Source: Centroscyllium fabricii (Eukaryota). Taken from it: a stretch of DNA of 64,000 nucleotides. Below are positions 33,613-45,734 of the stretch, piece after piece. Both the position numbers and the translations under genes were made by a program. The DNA is taken from positions 25,730,001-25,794,000 of the forward strand of contig JBNRSN020000009.1 of NCBI GenBank assembly GCA_051313645.2, in the 5' to 3' direction. The number at the start of each line of letters is the position of its first letter. Position 1 is the first letter of the stretch. The notes under the pieces are model-generated. The model did no database searches. It saw only the letters and a list, made by a program, of their open reading frames with translations, and was not told the origin of the DNA.

Positions 33613-34480
33613 TATGTCCTTAATAATAACCGCTCACATAAGAAGCATCTTGCACGTGAGCATAATGCGATAAGCATTTCAATTAGCGACCCTCCCAATA
33701 GCACTAGCCCACTGGGATCACTGACACTTCCCTTGCATTCCTGGTCAAGGTAGAAGGGAACTAACTCATGATCTGATTGGTGATCCTTCTCTCACCTCAA
33801 ATCTCCAACTCCGCTCTCCACTACAACCTTTCTTGTTTCTGTTTTATCAATACTATTACGGACACTGCTCCTCTGAACTTACCCCCTCATGTTTCTCCTC
33901 AGCTCCAAATATGCCATGAAACACGTTTTTACTCCTCCCTACATAGCACTAAGTTGAAACGAAGACTCGTCACGGTGCCCCCTACGCTAACTCACTCTTT
34001 TACAACTTTACACTTCAGAGAAGCATAGACTTAGGAGTCATCTGACTGAGATTTGTAAGATAATGAAGGGAATGGCTTGTGTTCGAGCTGACAGTTTGTT
34101 CCAATTAAATAGGTTGGAGAGGACCAAGGATCAGAATTTGAAGCTGTAGAAGGCCAGATCTAGGTTAGACGGCAGGAGATGGTTCTTTCCCCAGAGAATA
34201 GCGGATCTCTGGAACAGGCGGCCGTCTCGTGCGATGGACGCTCGTTCGCTGAATTCCTTCAAGCGAGAGCTGGAGCTGTTTCTGGCTGGGGCAGAGATCG
34301 CCTCTTACAGAAGGTAGCTACTTCAGTGAATTCAGGGCCAGAGTGATCTCCTGGACTAGTTTCGATCATCTAGATGGGTCGGCGAGGAATTACCTAGATT
34401 TTTCCCCCCCAAATTTGCCTGGGTTTTTCACCTCTCCCAGGAGATCACATGGTTTCGGGTGGGCTGGGGAAGTGTATATG

Positions 34481-35015
34481 CAGGTTGAGCACCGGTAATC
34501 CGGCACCCTCGGGACAAGGCCGGTGCCGGACCATTGAAAATTTCGAACCACTGAAGCTTTACAATTCTAGACATAAAGTGTGTATTTACTAGCTGGAGTA
34601 TAATGAGACGGTCTTTATCCAACACTAAAAGAAACAAGGATTGTACCCGTGAAGAGCCGAGAAAAACTTTTAATGAGAATTGCTGCATTGTTGGTGAGAT
34701 CCCGCAGCTGCCGTTTCCTGTGGTTGTCCGCGGGAGGATGTGCGAGCCACTGACATTTGCACAGGTCCGCTGCAATTGCTGAGAAACACTCCCCGGGGCC
34801 CGGAGTGCGCGGGTAGAACACTCCCCGGGAGGGAGCCCGGATATAGAACACGAAAAAGCAGAAACCCAAACGCCTTCGGCGCTCGCCCACCCTTCGTGGG
34901 AAACGGTGGCGCTGCCGAGCGGCTGCCACACAAACTGAAGACCGCCGGTTTCGATTCGTGCCGGACCACTGAAGGAGCCGGACCATCGGGTGCCCGGTTA
35001 CCGGTGCTCAACCTG
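34481..35015. mobile_element. Tc1/mariner (Tigger-like) MITE
   Basis: CAGGTTGAGCACCGGTAA ... TTACCGGTGCTCAACCTG|TA TIRs; left TSD reads TG. Confidence 0.8.
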
Positions 35016-35634
35016 TATTGTGATACACGAGGTATCGCAACTGTGTGGGACTGGATGGACCAGAGGGTCTTTACCTGTCCGTCATTGTTCGTATGTTTGC
35101 AAGACCTCAACTCTGGAACCCTTCATCTCTCTGTCTTTCTTCCCTCCTACAACCTACAATTAAAAAAAAATCCAAACCCAATACCACCAACACTCCTCGA
35201 TTTACCTTACCACCTCTCCGAATCTTGGTAATTTCCTGTACCACGGGCTTGGGTCCTTCACATAGGTTTCTCAATAGAATTAAACTGCTATATATTTTGT
35301 CTGTTGATCGATCCCCCACAACACTCCTCTCCTCGTATCAAGCATTCATTCTTGGCTAAGCAGATGGGTGATCAGCCTGTTCCCAGGCTTTTGCCAGGAC
35401 CCTTTAGCAACTGGCAGTTAGGTGGTACACCAACGCAGTCATGACCATCTGACCCTCGGACTTTCCATTTAGTTCACCGAGAAAACAATTAACTTCACTT
35501 GGACTCCCTCTCCCCGACGGTGCAGCTCAGATCACAAGCTCACAGGTCAGAAACAACAGTGGCAAGCCCACATCTTGCCATTCTATGGCACAGTAAGTTG
35601 ATATACTGCTGCACTGTTCTCCAGCACATCGCCA

Positions 35635-35965
35635 TAGCAGATCAAAGCCTCCTTGAAAAAGTGTAACATCCCCACCGACATCTGGGAATCCCTGGCCCAA
35701 GACCGCACAAAGTGGAGGAGAACAATCCGGGAAGGCGCCGAACACCTAGAGTCTCTTGGCCTGGAGCAAGCGGAGGCCGAGCGCAGGCAACGCAAGGAGC
35801 GCACGTCAACCCGAGCACCCCACCCACCCGCCCCTTCAACCACCGACTGCCCCACCTGTGACAGAGACTGTAGGTCTCCCGCATTGGACTCATCAGTCAC
35901 CCTGAGAACTCATTTTTAATGGATGCAAGTCATCCTCGGTTCCGAGGGACTGCTTAAGAGAAGAC
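35635..35965 (+). mobile_element. RTE-clade LINE 3' end
   Basis: KASLKKCNI...WESLAQDRTKWRR...CPTCDRDC. Confidence 0.7.
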
Positions 35966-36829
35966 GATAGCAGGTCAGTGATGCTTTGTGTGTCTGTTCC
36001 CTTGCCCTCTCTCTACTTTGTTTCTGCTCATATTCTTCTTGCAAATTGCATTCCTGCAAAGCTACAGTTGGAAAGCATTTGTTTCAAATCCAATCCCATT
36101 GCATTCGCTGGAGGATTTCAACTGCTGACCCAATCAGTACTGAGCAGAAACAGTGAAATTAGGTGTTAGTTGCAAACCCAGTCTCAACGATTATCTGGGT
36201 ATCAAGCAAAATGCAGCAAGATAGGGTAAAAGTAGATTGTTGAATATTTGAATTTACATAGAAACATAGACGATAGGAGCAGGAGTCGGCCATTCGGCCC
36301 CTCGAGCCTGCTCCGCCATTCAATGAGATCATGGCTGATCGTCCAAACCCAGTACCCCGCCCCTGCCCTCTCCCCATATCCCTCGATCCCGATCGAGCCT
36401 GCATCGACACATATCCCACCCTATCATTTGTGAAAGAACTGTGCTGGGAACTCAAAGCCCTTCTCCAATACAAGTGTTGCCACTAAAATGATATGCTGCA
36501 GATCAAATCACATTTAAACCAACAAGCCATAAGCCCCTGATCTCAGTGATTGCTCTTTTTCCCTCCAAGTCCTTGGTCTGGGTGTTGTTAACCCACCACC
36601 CAAAGACATGCAGGTTAGGTGAATTGGAGATACTAAAAATTACCCATGAGTATGTGTGTGAGATATAGTTCTTAGACTTGGGGGTGTCGGGGAATATGGG
36701 GAGAGGGCAGGGACAGGGTGCTGGGTTTGGATGATCAGCCATGATCTCATTGAATGGCGGAGCAGGCTCGAAGGGCCGAATGGCCTGCTCCTATCTTCTG
36801 TGTTTCTGTAATCCCCCAGTTTAATCATT

Positions 36830-37750
36830 GAATCATACAGCATAGAATGTGGCCATTCGGCCCATCATGCTTGTGCCGGCTCTTTGAAAGAACTCTCCAA
36901 TTAGTCCCACGCCCCGCTGTTTCCCCGTCGTCATGCAAATGTTTCCCTTTCAAGTGTTTACTGAATTCCCTTTTGAAAGTTACTACGGAGTCTGCTTCCA
37001 CCGTCTTTTCAGAACATAATAACTTGCTGCCTAAAGAAAATTCTCATCACCCCTCTGTTTCTTTTGCCAGTTATCTTCAATCTGTGTCCTCTGATTACTG
37101 ACCCCCCCTGCCAGTGGAAACAGTTTCTCCGTCTACTAGATCAAAACCCTTCATATTTTTGCATGCCTTTATTAAATCTCTCCTTAACCTTCTCTGCTCG
37201 AAGAACAACAATCGCAGCTTCTCCAGTCTCTCCACATAACTGAAGCCCCTTGTCCCTGGTTCCATTCTCGTAAATCTCCTCTGCACCCTCTTGAAGGCCT
37301 TGACATATTTTCGAAAGTGTGGTGCCCAGAATTGGACACAATACTTCAGTTGAGGCCCAACCAGTCAATTATAAAGGTTTAACATAACTTCCTTCCTATG
37401 TTTCTATTACTAAAGCCAAAAAAAACAGTATGCTTTTTTAACAGCCTCATCAACCGGTCAAAGATTTGTGCATGCGATGCTCCAAGTCTCCGTTTCCCTT
37501 TAAAATTGTACCATTTAGTCTATATTTCCCACATTACAACAGTGACTACACTCAAAAAGTTCTTCATTGGCAGTATGGCGCTTTAAGACGTCCGGTAGTC
37601 ATGAAAGGCGCTACATAAATGCAAGTCTTTTCTTCTTTCGTTGCCTCTTCTCATTCTTCCTTCCAAAATGTATCACTTCACACTTCTCTGCATTAAATGC
37701 CATCTGCCATTTGCCTGCCCATTTCACCAGTCTGGCTATGTCCTCCTGAA
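36830..37750 (-). mobile_element. Degenerate CR1 fragment
   Basis: QRRFTRM..SYVERLEKLRL on the minus strand. Confidence 0.7.
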
Positions 37751-38029
37751 GTCTGCCATCATATTAGAATCTATATTATCCCACTCCCTCCTCAGTGCTC
37801 ACCCACAGCCCCTGCTGGCAGTCTTTCTCTCCAGTTTCTCCTTTTCCTCTCCTTATCCCAGCAGCCAGTACCCCATCCCAGCTCAAACCCCCAGGGCTCC
37901 GTCAAACTTCAAAATCTCAGCATTCTCTCCAACCCCCACTCCGTTCCCCCAGCCCTTTGTGTTCTCCAATCGCTCTGGCTCCCTTAATCACATCATCCCT
38001 CTCCCTTGCAAATCCATCGCACCCCTTCG

Positions 38030-38320
38030 GCCTTGCCAAGCCCCACTCACTCCTCTCTCCCGGCCCCTCCTCCTACAGCCCCTCCCCTCACTCTGGCCCC
38101 TCCCTCCCCCGGGTCTCTGGTCCCTCCCCCCTCCCTCACCCGGGTCTCTTGCCCCTCCCTCCCTCCCCTGGTCTCTGGCCCTTCCACCCTGTCCCCTCCC
38201 TCAAACCCCTCCCCCTCCATGGCCCTGGCCCCTCCCCCTCTCCTTCACCCTGGCCCCTCCCCCGCTTTCACCCTGACCCCTCCCCCTCACCTTGGCCCCT
38301 CATAAGAACATAAGAAGGCC
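38030..38320. repeat. C-rich low-complexity tract related to the 43855 minisatellite
   Basis: GGCCCCTCCCC and CTTCACCCTGGCCCC motifs. Confidence 0.7.
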
Positions 38321-38333
38321 CAACAGCGCCTGT

Positions 38334-38872
38334 ACTTCCTAAGGAAGCTGAAAAAAGCCAAGCTGACATCCGGCATCCTCTCCCAACTTCTACCGCTGCA
38401 CAATCGAAAGCATACTGACAAGCTGCATCACAGCCTGGTATGGAAACTGCACCATCTCGGACCGGAAGACCCTGCAGCGGGTAGTCAAAACTGCCCAACG
38501 AATCACCGGTACCCAGCTACCGTTAATGGAAAGCATCTACCTCAAATGTTGCTTACGGCGGTGTCTGAACATTATTAAAGACCCCACACACCCCAGCCAC
38601 AGTCTGTTCGCCCCCCTGCCCTCCGGGAGACGCTACAGATCAATTCGCACCCGCACGACTAGATTTAAGAACAGCTTCTTCCCCAGGGCTGTCAGCCTCC
38701 TGAACTCTAAAAATAAACTCCGGTACCTGCACACCTGAAAATGTACTTTACTGTATGCAATTTGCATGTAATTTATTTGCACTACTCTCGGGAGCGTCGA
38801 GTCTTCGTCTCGTTTTATTGTACTAGTACTCTGCAATGACAATAAAACTTGAATTGAATTGAATTGAAATTG
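38334..38872 (+). mobile_element. Rex1/Babar LINE 3' fragment, same family as 5665
   Basis: Near-identical to 5665-6047; (TTGAA)n tail. Confidence 0.8.
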
Positions 38873-39370
38873 AAATCGGACCAGGAGTCGGCCAATCAGC
38901 CCCTCGAGCCCGCTCCGCCATTCAACAAGATCATGTCTGATCTGATCCTAACGTCAAATCTACTTTCACTCTCCATCACGCCCAAACCCATGTGATCTCC
39001 CGGGAGAGGCGAAAAACCAGATAAAAAACCCAGTGGCCAATTTGGGAGAAAAAATCTGGGAAATTCCTCTCCGACCCATCAGGGCGATCGAAACTGGTCC
39101 AGGAGATCACATGGCCAATCTGAACCTAGCCTCACGTCCACTTACCTGCCCGCCCACCGTAACCCCTAATTCCCTTTACTTCTAGGAAACTATCTATCTC
39201 TGTTTTAAATTTATTCAATGTAGTAGCTTCCACAGCTCTCTGGGGCAGCAAATTCCACAGCCCCACCACCCTCTGAGTGAAGAAGTTTCTCCTCATCTCG
39301 GTTTTCAAAGGGCAGCCCCTTATTTTAAGATTATGCCCCCTAGTCCTAGTTTCACCCACCATTGGGAATG
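38873..39370 (-). mobile_element. CR1 LINE 3' end
   Basis: TRGHNLKIRG...FFTQRVVGLWNLLP on the minus strand. Confidence 0.85.
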
Positions 39371-40065
39371 TGGGAAACCTAAGTTTCTCACTCTTAAATA
39401 ATTAATAAACGGAGGAAACGGATATAGGTAAAAACCAGGATGAGGTCCTAAAAGCTGAATATAGGGAGTTAGGAGGTAAATTAAAAAATAGGACCTCAAA
39501 GGTAGTAATCTCTGATTGCTACCAGTGCCACGTGCTAATCAGAGTAGAAATAGAAGGATATTTCAGATTAATAGGTGGCTAGAGGAATAGTGCAAGGGGG
39601 AGGGATTCAAATTCCTGGGACATTGGAACCGGTTCTGGGGGAGGTGGGACCAGTACAAACCCGACGGTCTGCACCTGGGCAGGACCAGGACCGACGTCCT
39701 GGGGGAGTGTTTGCTAGTGCTCTGGGGGAGGGTTTAAACTAAAATGGCAGGGGTTTGGGAACCTGAGCAGGGAGACAGAGGAAAGGGAAACAAGGATAGA
39801 AGCAAAAGACAGGAAGAAGAAAAATAAAGGTGGCAGTCAGAGAAATCAAGGGTTTAAATCAAACATGGCCACAGTAAATAATAATTCTAAAAGGTCTAAG
39901 AGCGTTTAAAAAAATAAGCCTGAAGGCTTTGCGTCTTAATGCGAGGAGCATTATCAATAATGTGGATGAATTAGCTGCGCAAATAGAGGTAAACGAATAT
40001 GATATGATTGGAATTACGGAGACATGGCTCCAGGGTGACCAAGGCTGGGAACTCAACATCCAAGG

Positions 40066-40293
40066 TGTGGTAATACAGAACAGCTTCTAGCTTGGAGTTT
40101 TTGCTTACATCACTTCTGGGGACCTATGAACTTTGTATGATGTCACTTCCTGTAATTAGCCCAGTATAAATACTGGGCTACTCAGTATAATTTAGTAAGA
40201 GGCATGGTGAAGACCTCTTTTGTATGTATCACAGTTATAAGTTGATTAAAGCTTACCTTAAGTTCATATCATGTAAGTTTCATTCTTACAACA
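40066..40293 (+). mobile_element. Solo LTR (Gypsy-like) inserted in a CR1 LINE
   Basis: TGTGGTAA...TTACAACA termini; perfect 5-bp TSD CAAGG; internal TATAAATA and ATTAAA. Confidence 0.85.
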
Positions 40294-42378
40294 CAAGGGT
40301 ATTCAATATTCAGGAAAGACAGGAAAAGGAGGTGGGGTAGCATTGCTGGTTAAAGAGGGGATTAACACAATTGTAAGGAAGGATATTAGCTCTGATGATG
40401 TGGAATCTGTATGGGTAGAGCTGAGAAATACCAAGGGGCAGAAAGCGTTAGTGGGAGAGTTATATAGTGGGAGTGTTATATAGTGGGAGTAATACGGAGG
40501 TTGGGCATGGCATTAAAAGTGAAATTCGAGAAGCGTGCAATAAGGGCACAGCAGTTATCATGGGTGACTTTAATCTAACCAAATTAGTAACATAGAAACA
40601 TAGAAGATAGGAGCAGGAGTAGGCCATTCGGCCCTTCGAGCCTGCTCCGCCATTCAATGAGATCATGGCTGATCATCCAAACCCAGTACCCTGTCCCTGC
40701 CTTGTTCCCATATCCCTCGATCCCTATCGAGCCTGCATGGACACATATCCCACTCTATCCCCGTAACCCCACATATTTAATCCCCCTAACACCAAGGGTC
40801 AATTTATCCTGGCCAATCAACCTAACCCGCACATCTTTGGACTGTGGGAGGAAACCGACGCAGACACGGGGAGAATGTGCAAACTCCACACAGACAGTAC
40901 CCGGTACCAGTAACAATACTGTGGAGGAGGAATTCCTGGAGTGTATACGGGATGGTTTCCTGGACCAATAGGTCGAGGACCCAACTACAGATCAGGCTCT
41001 CTTAGACTGGGTATTATGTAATGAGAAAGGATTAATTGGCAATCTTGTTGCGAGAGGCCCCTTGAGTCGGAGCAATCATAATATGATAGAATTCAGCATT
41101 CTTCATTAATTTGGAGAGTAAAGTATTTGACTCAGAGACTAGGGACCTGAATTTAAATAAAGGAAACTACGATGGTTTGAGGCGCGAGCTGGGTACGATT
41201 GATTGGGGAATGTCCCTCGAAGGGTTGACGGTGGATAGGCAATGGCAAACATTCAAAGATCGCACGGATGAACGACAGAATTTGTTCATCCCTGTTTGAC
41301 GTAAAAATAAAGCAAAAAAGGTGACTCAACTGCGGCTGACAAGGGAAATTAGGGAGAGCATAAGATCCAAGGAGAGGACATATAAAGTGGCCAGAAAAAG
41401 CAGTAAACCTGAGGACTGGGAGCAGTTTAGGATTCAGCAAAGGGGATTAATTGAGAGGGGGAAAATAGAATGAGAATAAGCTTGCAGGAAACATAAAAAC
41501 TGACTGTAAAAGCTTCTATAGATATGTGAAGAGAAAAAGATTGGTTAAGTCAAGCGTAGGTCCCTTGCAGACAGAATCAGGGAAATTTATAATGGGGAAA
41601 CAAAGAAATGTCAGACCAATTAAAAACATACTTTGGTTCTGTCTTCACAAAGGAGGACACAAATAACCTCCCAGAGATGTCGGGGAACATAGGGTCTAAT
41701 GAGAGGAAGGAACTGAAAGAAATCAGTATTTGTAAGGAAATGGTGTTAGGGAAATTGACGGGATTGAAGGCCGATAAATCCCCAGGGCCTGATAATCTAC
41801 ATCCCAGGGTACTTAAGGAAGTGGCCCTTGAAATAGTAGATGCATTGCTGGTCATCTTCCAGAGTCTGTCAAATTCTGGAACTGTACCCATGGTAGGACG
41901 GTAGCTAATGTTCCACTATTCAAAAAAAGTGGTAGAGAGAAAACGGAGAATTACAGACCGGTAAGCTTGACATTGGTAGTGGGGAAAATGCTAGAGTCCA
42001 TTACAAAAGATGTAATAGCAGAGCACTTGGAAAACAGTGACAGGATCAGACAAAGTCAACATGGATTGACAAAAGGTAAATCGTGCTTGACTAATATACT
42101 GGACTTTTTTGAGGATGTAACTGATAAAATAGATAAGGGAGATCCAGTGGATGTGGTGTATTTGGATTTTCAGAAGGCTTTCGATAAGGTCCCGCGTAAG
42201 AGTTAAGACACATGGGATTGGGGGCAAGGTATTGACTTGGATAGAGAACTGGTTGGCAGACAGAAAGCAGAGAGTTGGAATAAACAGCTCTTCGAGTGGC
42301 AGGCAGTGACTAGTGGGGTACCGCAGAGATCGGTCCCTGGGACCCCAGCTATTCACAATATATATTAATGATCTAGAC

Positions 42379-42668
42379 CAGCGGTCCCCAACCGCCGGTC
42401 CGCGACCCGGTGCCGGTCCGCGGGACATTATTACCGGGCCGCGGAAGGGTCTGTGCCTCGGCGCATGCGCAGATCATTCGCCGATGGAAGACGTTGAACA
42501 AGGCACAGACGGAAGACACCCCGCCTTCGGTCAGTCAAAAAATCTCCGCCAGCACCCCCCCTTCGGTCAGTCAAAAAAACTCCGCCGGCACCGCCCCCCC
42601 ACACCGGTCAGCGAAAAAATTGACAAGTCCAAAATGGGCCGCGGTCCAAAAAAGTTTGGGGACCCCTG
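42379..42668. mobile_element. hAT-Charlie-like MITE inserted in CR1 RT
   Basis: CAGCGGTCCCCAA ... TTGGGGACCCCTG; TSD ATCTAGAC/ATCTAAAC, fitting the Charlie target NTCTAGAN. Confidence 0.82.
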
Positions 42669-43051
42669 ATCTAAACGAGGAAACTAGATGTAATATCTCC
42701 AAGTTTGCAGATGACACAAAGCTGAGTGGGCGTGTGTGCTATGAGGAGGATGCTGAGAAATTCCAGTATGATTTGGACAGGTTGGGTGATGGGCAGAACC
42801 ATGGCAGATGCAGTATAACGTGAATAAATGTGAGGTTATCCACTTTGGTGGCAAAAACAGGAAGGCAGATTAACTGAACGACAATAGATTGGGAGAAGGG
42901 GAAGTGTAACGAGACCTGGGTGTCCTTGTGCACCAGTCGCTGAAGGTAAGCATGCAGGTGCAGCAGGCGGTCAAGAATGCAAATGTTTTGTTGGCCTTCA
43001 TAGCGAAAGGGTTTGAGTACAGGAACAAGGATGTCTTGCTGCAGTTGCCAT

Positions 43052-43275
43052 AATGTGGAGGTGCCGGTGTTGGACTGGGGTGGACAAATGCAAAAAGTCA
43101 CACACCACCAGGTTTATAGTCCAACGTTTTATTTTAAATCACAAGCTTTCGGAGCGCTGCTCCTTCCTCAGGTGACAGACAGAAGAGACCTGAGGAAGGA
43201 GCAGCGCTCCGAAAGCTTGTGATTTAAAATAAAACGTTGGACTATAAACCTGGTGTTGTGTGACTTTTTGCATTT
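43052..43275. mobile_element. Penelope-like hairpin inserted in CR1
   Basis: About 105-bp inverted arms, each with a hammerhead core. Confidence 0.72.
43139..43175 (-). ncRNA. Minimal type I hammerhead ribozyme motif
   Basis: Exact reverse complement of the 37-nt motif at 5198-5234. Confidence 0.6.
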
Positions 43276-43854
43276 GCTGCAGTTGTACAGGGCCTTGGTG
43301 AGACCACATCTTCAATATTTTGTGCAGTTTTGGTCACCTTATCTAAGGAAGGATGTTCTTGCCATGGAAGGAGTTCAGCAAAGATTCACACAAGGCTAAT
43401 ACCTGGGATGGCAGGAATGACGTATGAGGAGAGATTGGGTCAATTGGGCTTATATTCGCTGGAGTTTAGAAGAATGAGGCGATCTCATTGAAACTAACAG
43501 GACTGGACAGACTAGATGCAGGAAGGATGTTCCCTGTGGCCGGGGAGTCCAGAACCAGGGGTCACAGTCTAAGGATAAGGGGTAAGCCATTTAGGACAGA
43601 GATGAGGAAGAATTTCTTCACCCAGAGAGTGGTGAACCTGTGGAATTCTCTACCACAGAAGGCAGTTGAGGCCAATTCATTAAAAATATTTAAGAAGGAT
43701 TTCGATATAGTTCTTAAGGCTAGGGATCGAGGGATATGGGGAGAAGGCAGGGACAGGGTACTGAGTTTGGATGATCAGCCATGATCTCACTGAATGGTGG
43801 AGCAGGCTCGAGGGGCCGAATGGCCGACTCCTGCTCCAATCTTCTATATTAACC

Positions 43855-45085
43855 CAGGCCCCTCCCCTCTCCTTCACCATGGCCCCTCCCACACCTTCAA
43901 CCTGGCCCCGCCCCCTGCACCATCACACAAGCCCCTCCCCTTCACCCAGGCTCCGCCCCTCCTTCACTCTCAGGCCCCTCCCCTCCTTCACTCAGGCCCC
44001 TCCCCTCCTTCACTCAGGCCCCTCCCCTCCTTCACTCTCAGGCCCCTCCCCTCCTTCACTCTCAGGCCCCTCCCCTCCTTCACTCTCAGGCCCCTCCCCT
44101 TCTTCACCCTCAGGCCCTCCCCTCCTTCACTCTCAGGCCCCTCCCCTCATTCACTCTCAGGCCCCTCCCCTCCTTCACTCACAGGCCCTCCCCTCCTTCA
44201 CTCACAGGCCCTCCCCTCCTTCACTCACAGGCCCTCCCCTCCTTCACTCTCAGGCCCCTCCCCTCCTTCACTCTCAGGCCCCTCCCCTCCTTCACTCTCA
44301 GGCCCCTCCCCTCCTTCACTCTCAGGCCCCTCCCCTCCTTCACTCTCAGGCCCCTCCCCTTCACTCTCAGGCCCCTCCCCTTCACTCTCAGGCCCCTCCC
44401 CTTCACTCTCAGGCCCCTCCCCTTCACTCTCAGGCCCCTCCCCTTCACTCTCAGGCCCCTTCACTCTCAGGTCCCTCCCCCTTCGCTCAGGCCCCTCCCC
44501 TTCACTCAGGCCCCTCCCCTTCACTCAGGCCCCTCCCCTCCTTCACTCTCAGGCCCCTCCCCTCCTTCACTCTCAGGCCCCACCCCTCATTCACTCTCAG
44601 GCCCCTCCCCCTTCTCCTTCACCCTGGCCCCGCCCCTCATTCACTCTCAGGCCCCTCCCCTTCACTCTCAGGCCCCTCCCCTTCTCCTTCACCCTCAGGC
44701 CCCTCCCCCCTTCACTCTCAGGCCCCTCCCCTCCTTCACCCTGGCCCCACCTTCTCCTTCACCCTCAGGCCCCTCCCCTTCACCCCAGGCCCCTCCCCTT
44801 CACTCTCAGGCCCCTCCCCTTCTCCTTCACCCTGGCCCCGCCCCTTCTCCTTCACCCTCAGGCTCAGGCCCCTCCCCTCCTTCACCCTGCCCCCTCCCCT
44901 TCTCCTTCACCCTCAGGCCCCTCCCCTTCACCCCAGGCCCCTCCCCGCATTCACCCCCAGGCCCCTCCCCTTCACTCTCAGGCCCCTCCCCTTCTTCACC
45001 CTGGCCCCTCCCCTTCACCCTCAGGCCCCTCCCCTCCCCTTCACCCTCAGGCCCCTCCCCTCCCCCTCCCTCAGGCCCCGCCCCC
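43855..45085. repeat. Pyrimidine-rich minisatellite (about 21-24 bp, CAGGCCCCTCCCCTCCTTCACTCT)
   Basis: Tandem degenerate repeats directly abutting the P4HTM exon-1 donor. Confidence 0.93.
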
Positions 45086-45089
45086 TCAC

Positions 45090-45503
45090 CTTGATGCCTT
45101 CCAGGCGGTGCAGGCGGCCGAGCGGGGCGCCCCGCTGCAGGGTGTGAGGCGGTTGGGGTGGAGTCTGGGTCGCCGGCTGGCCCTGCGGTGGGCTGTCGGT
45201 GTGGGCGGCCGGCGGGTGCTCGCTGTCGCTGGTGTAGTGAACGTAGAGCAGCAGGGCCATCACATTGAGGATGTAAACGTGAACAAACACCATGACAACC
45301 AGGAAATAGGAGCGCGAGCACACGCTGTCCTTCTGGACCATCCTCAGGCCCAGCTCCCCGGCCTCCCCGCCTGCGGTCAGCGGGTGGCAGCGACTCCCCG
45401 GCCTCCCGTCAGCACCGAGCGCGCTCCGCATCGCCCCTCCCCCCGGCCGCCCGTTATCCTCAAACCGGGCTCGGGACACCGAGCTCGCCGCGCCTGACAT
45501 CAT
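45090..45503 (-). CDS. P4HTM: Transmembrane prolyl 4-hydroxylase, coding exon 1
   Basis: Translation MMSG...[30 protein letters not shown]...RLEGIK matches the P4H-TM transmembrane segment and exon-1 end. Donor is AAG|GTGAG at 45090/45089; region is CpG-rich. The ORF track start at 45506 is GTG; the first ATG is at 45503. Confidence 0.92.
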
Positions 45504-45734
45504 CACGTCGCCTCGCGCGGCTGCTGTGCCGCACGCCTACTTTGACGGCATCACGTTGCCGTACGTCGAGACGACCACGTGCTCATGGGACAACATTCAA
45601 AAGGGGAGGGGAGAAGATGGAAGGGATTGGGGGACAATGCAAGGGATTGGGGGAACAATGCAAAGGATTGGGGGACAATGCAAAGGATTGGGGGACAATG
45701 TAAGGGATTGGGGGACAATGTAAGGGATTGGGGG

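Larger units (their letters stand above)
39410..43850 (+). mobile_element. Long degenerate CR1 LINE (ORF1 end, endonuclease, RT, 3' tail) with nested insertions
   Basis: GITETW endonuclease motif, KSPGPD, YLDFQKAFDKVP, KFADDTKL, FFTQRVVNLWNSLP; many stops and frameshifts. Confidence 0.9.

Noticed and set aside
37641-38313. Proline-rich ORFs of 172-211 aa
   Set aside because: Low-complexity C-rich DNA plus antisense CR1.
43771-45497. 458-aa and 567-aa proline-rich, extensin-like plus-strand ORFs
   Set aside because: Products of the C-rich minisatellite, antisense to the real P4HTM exon 1.
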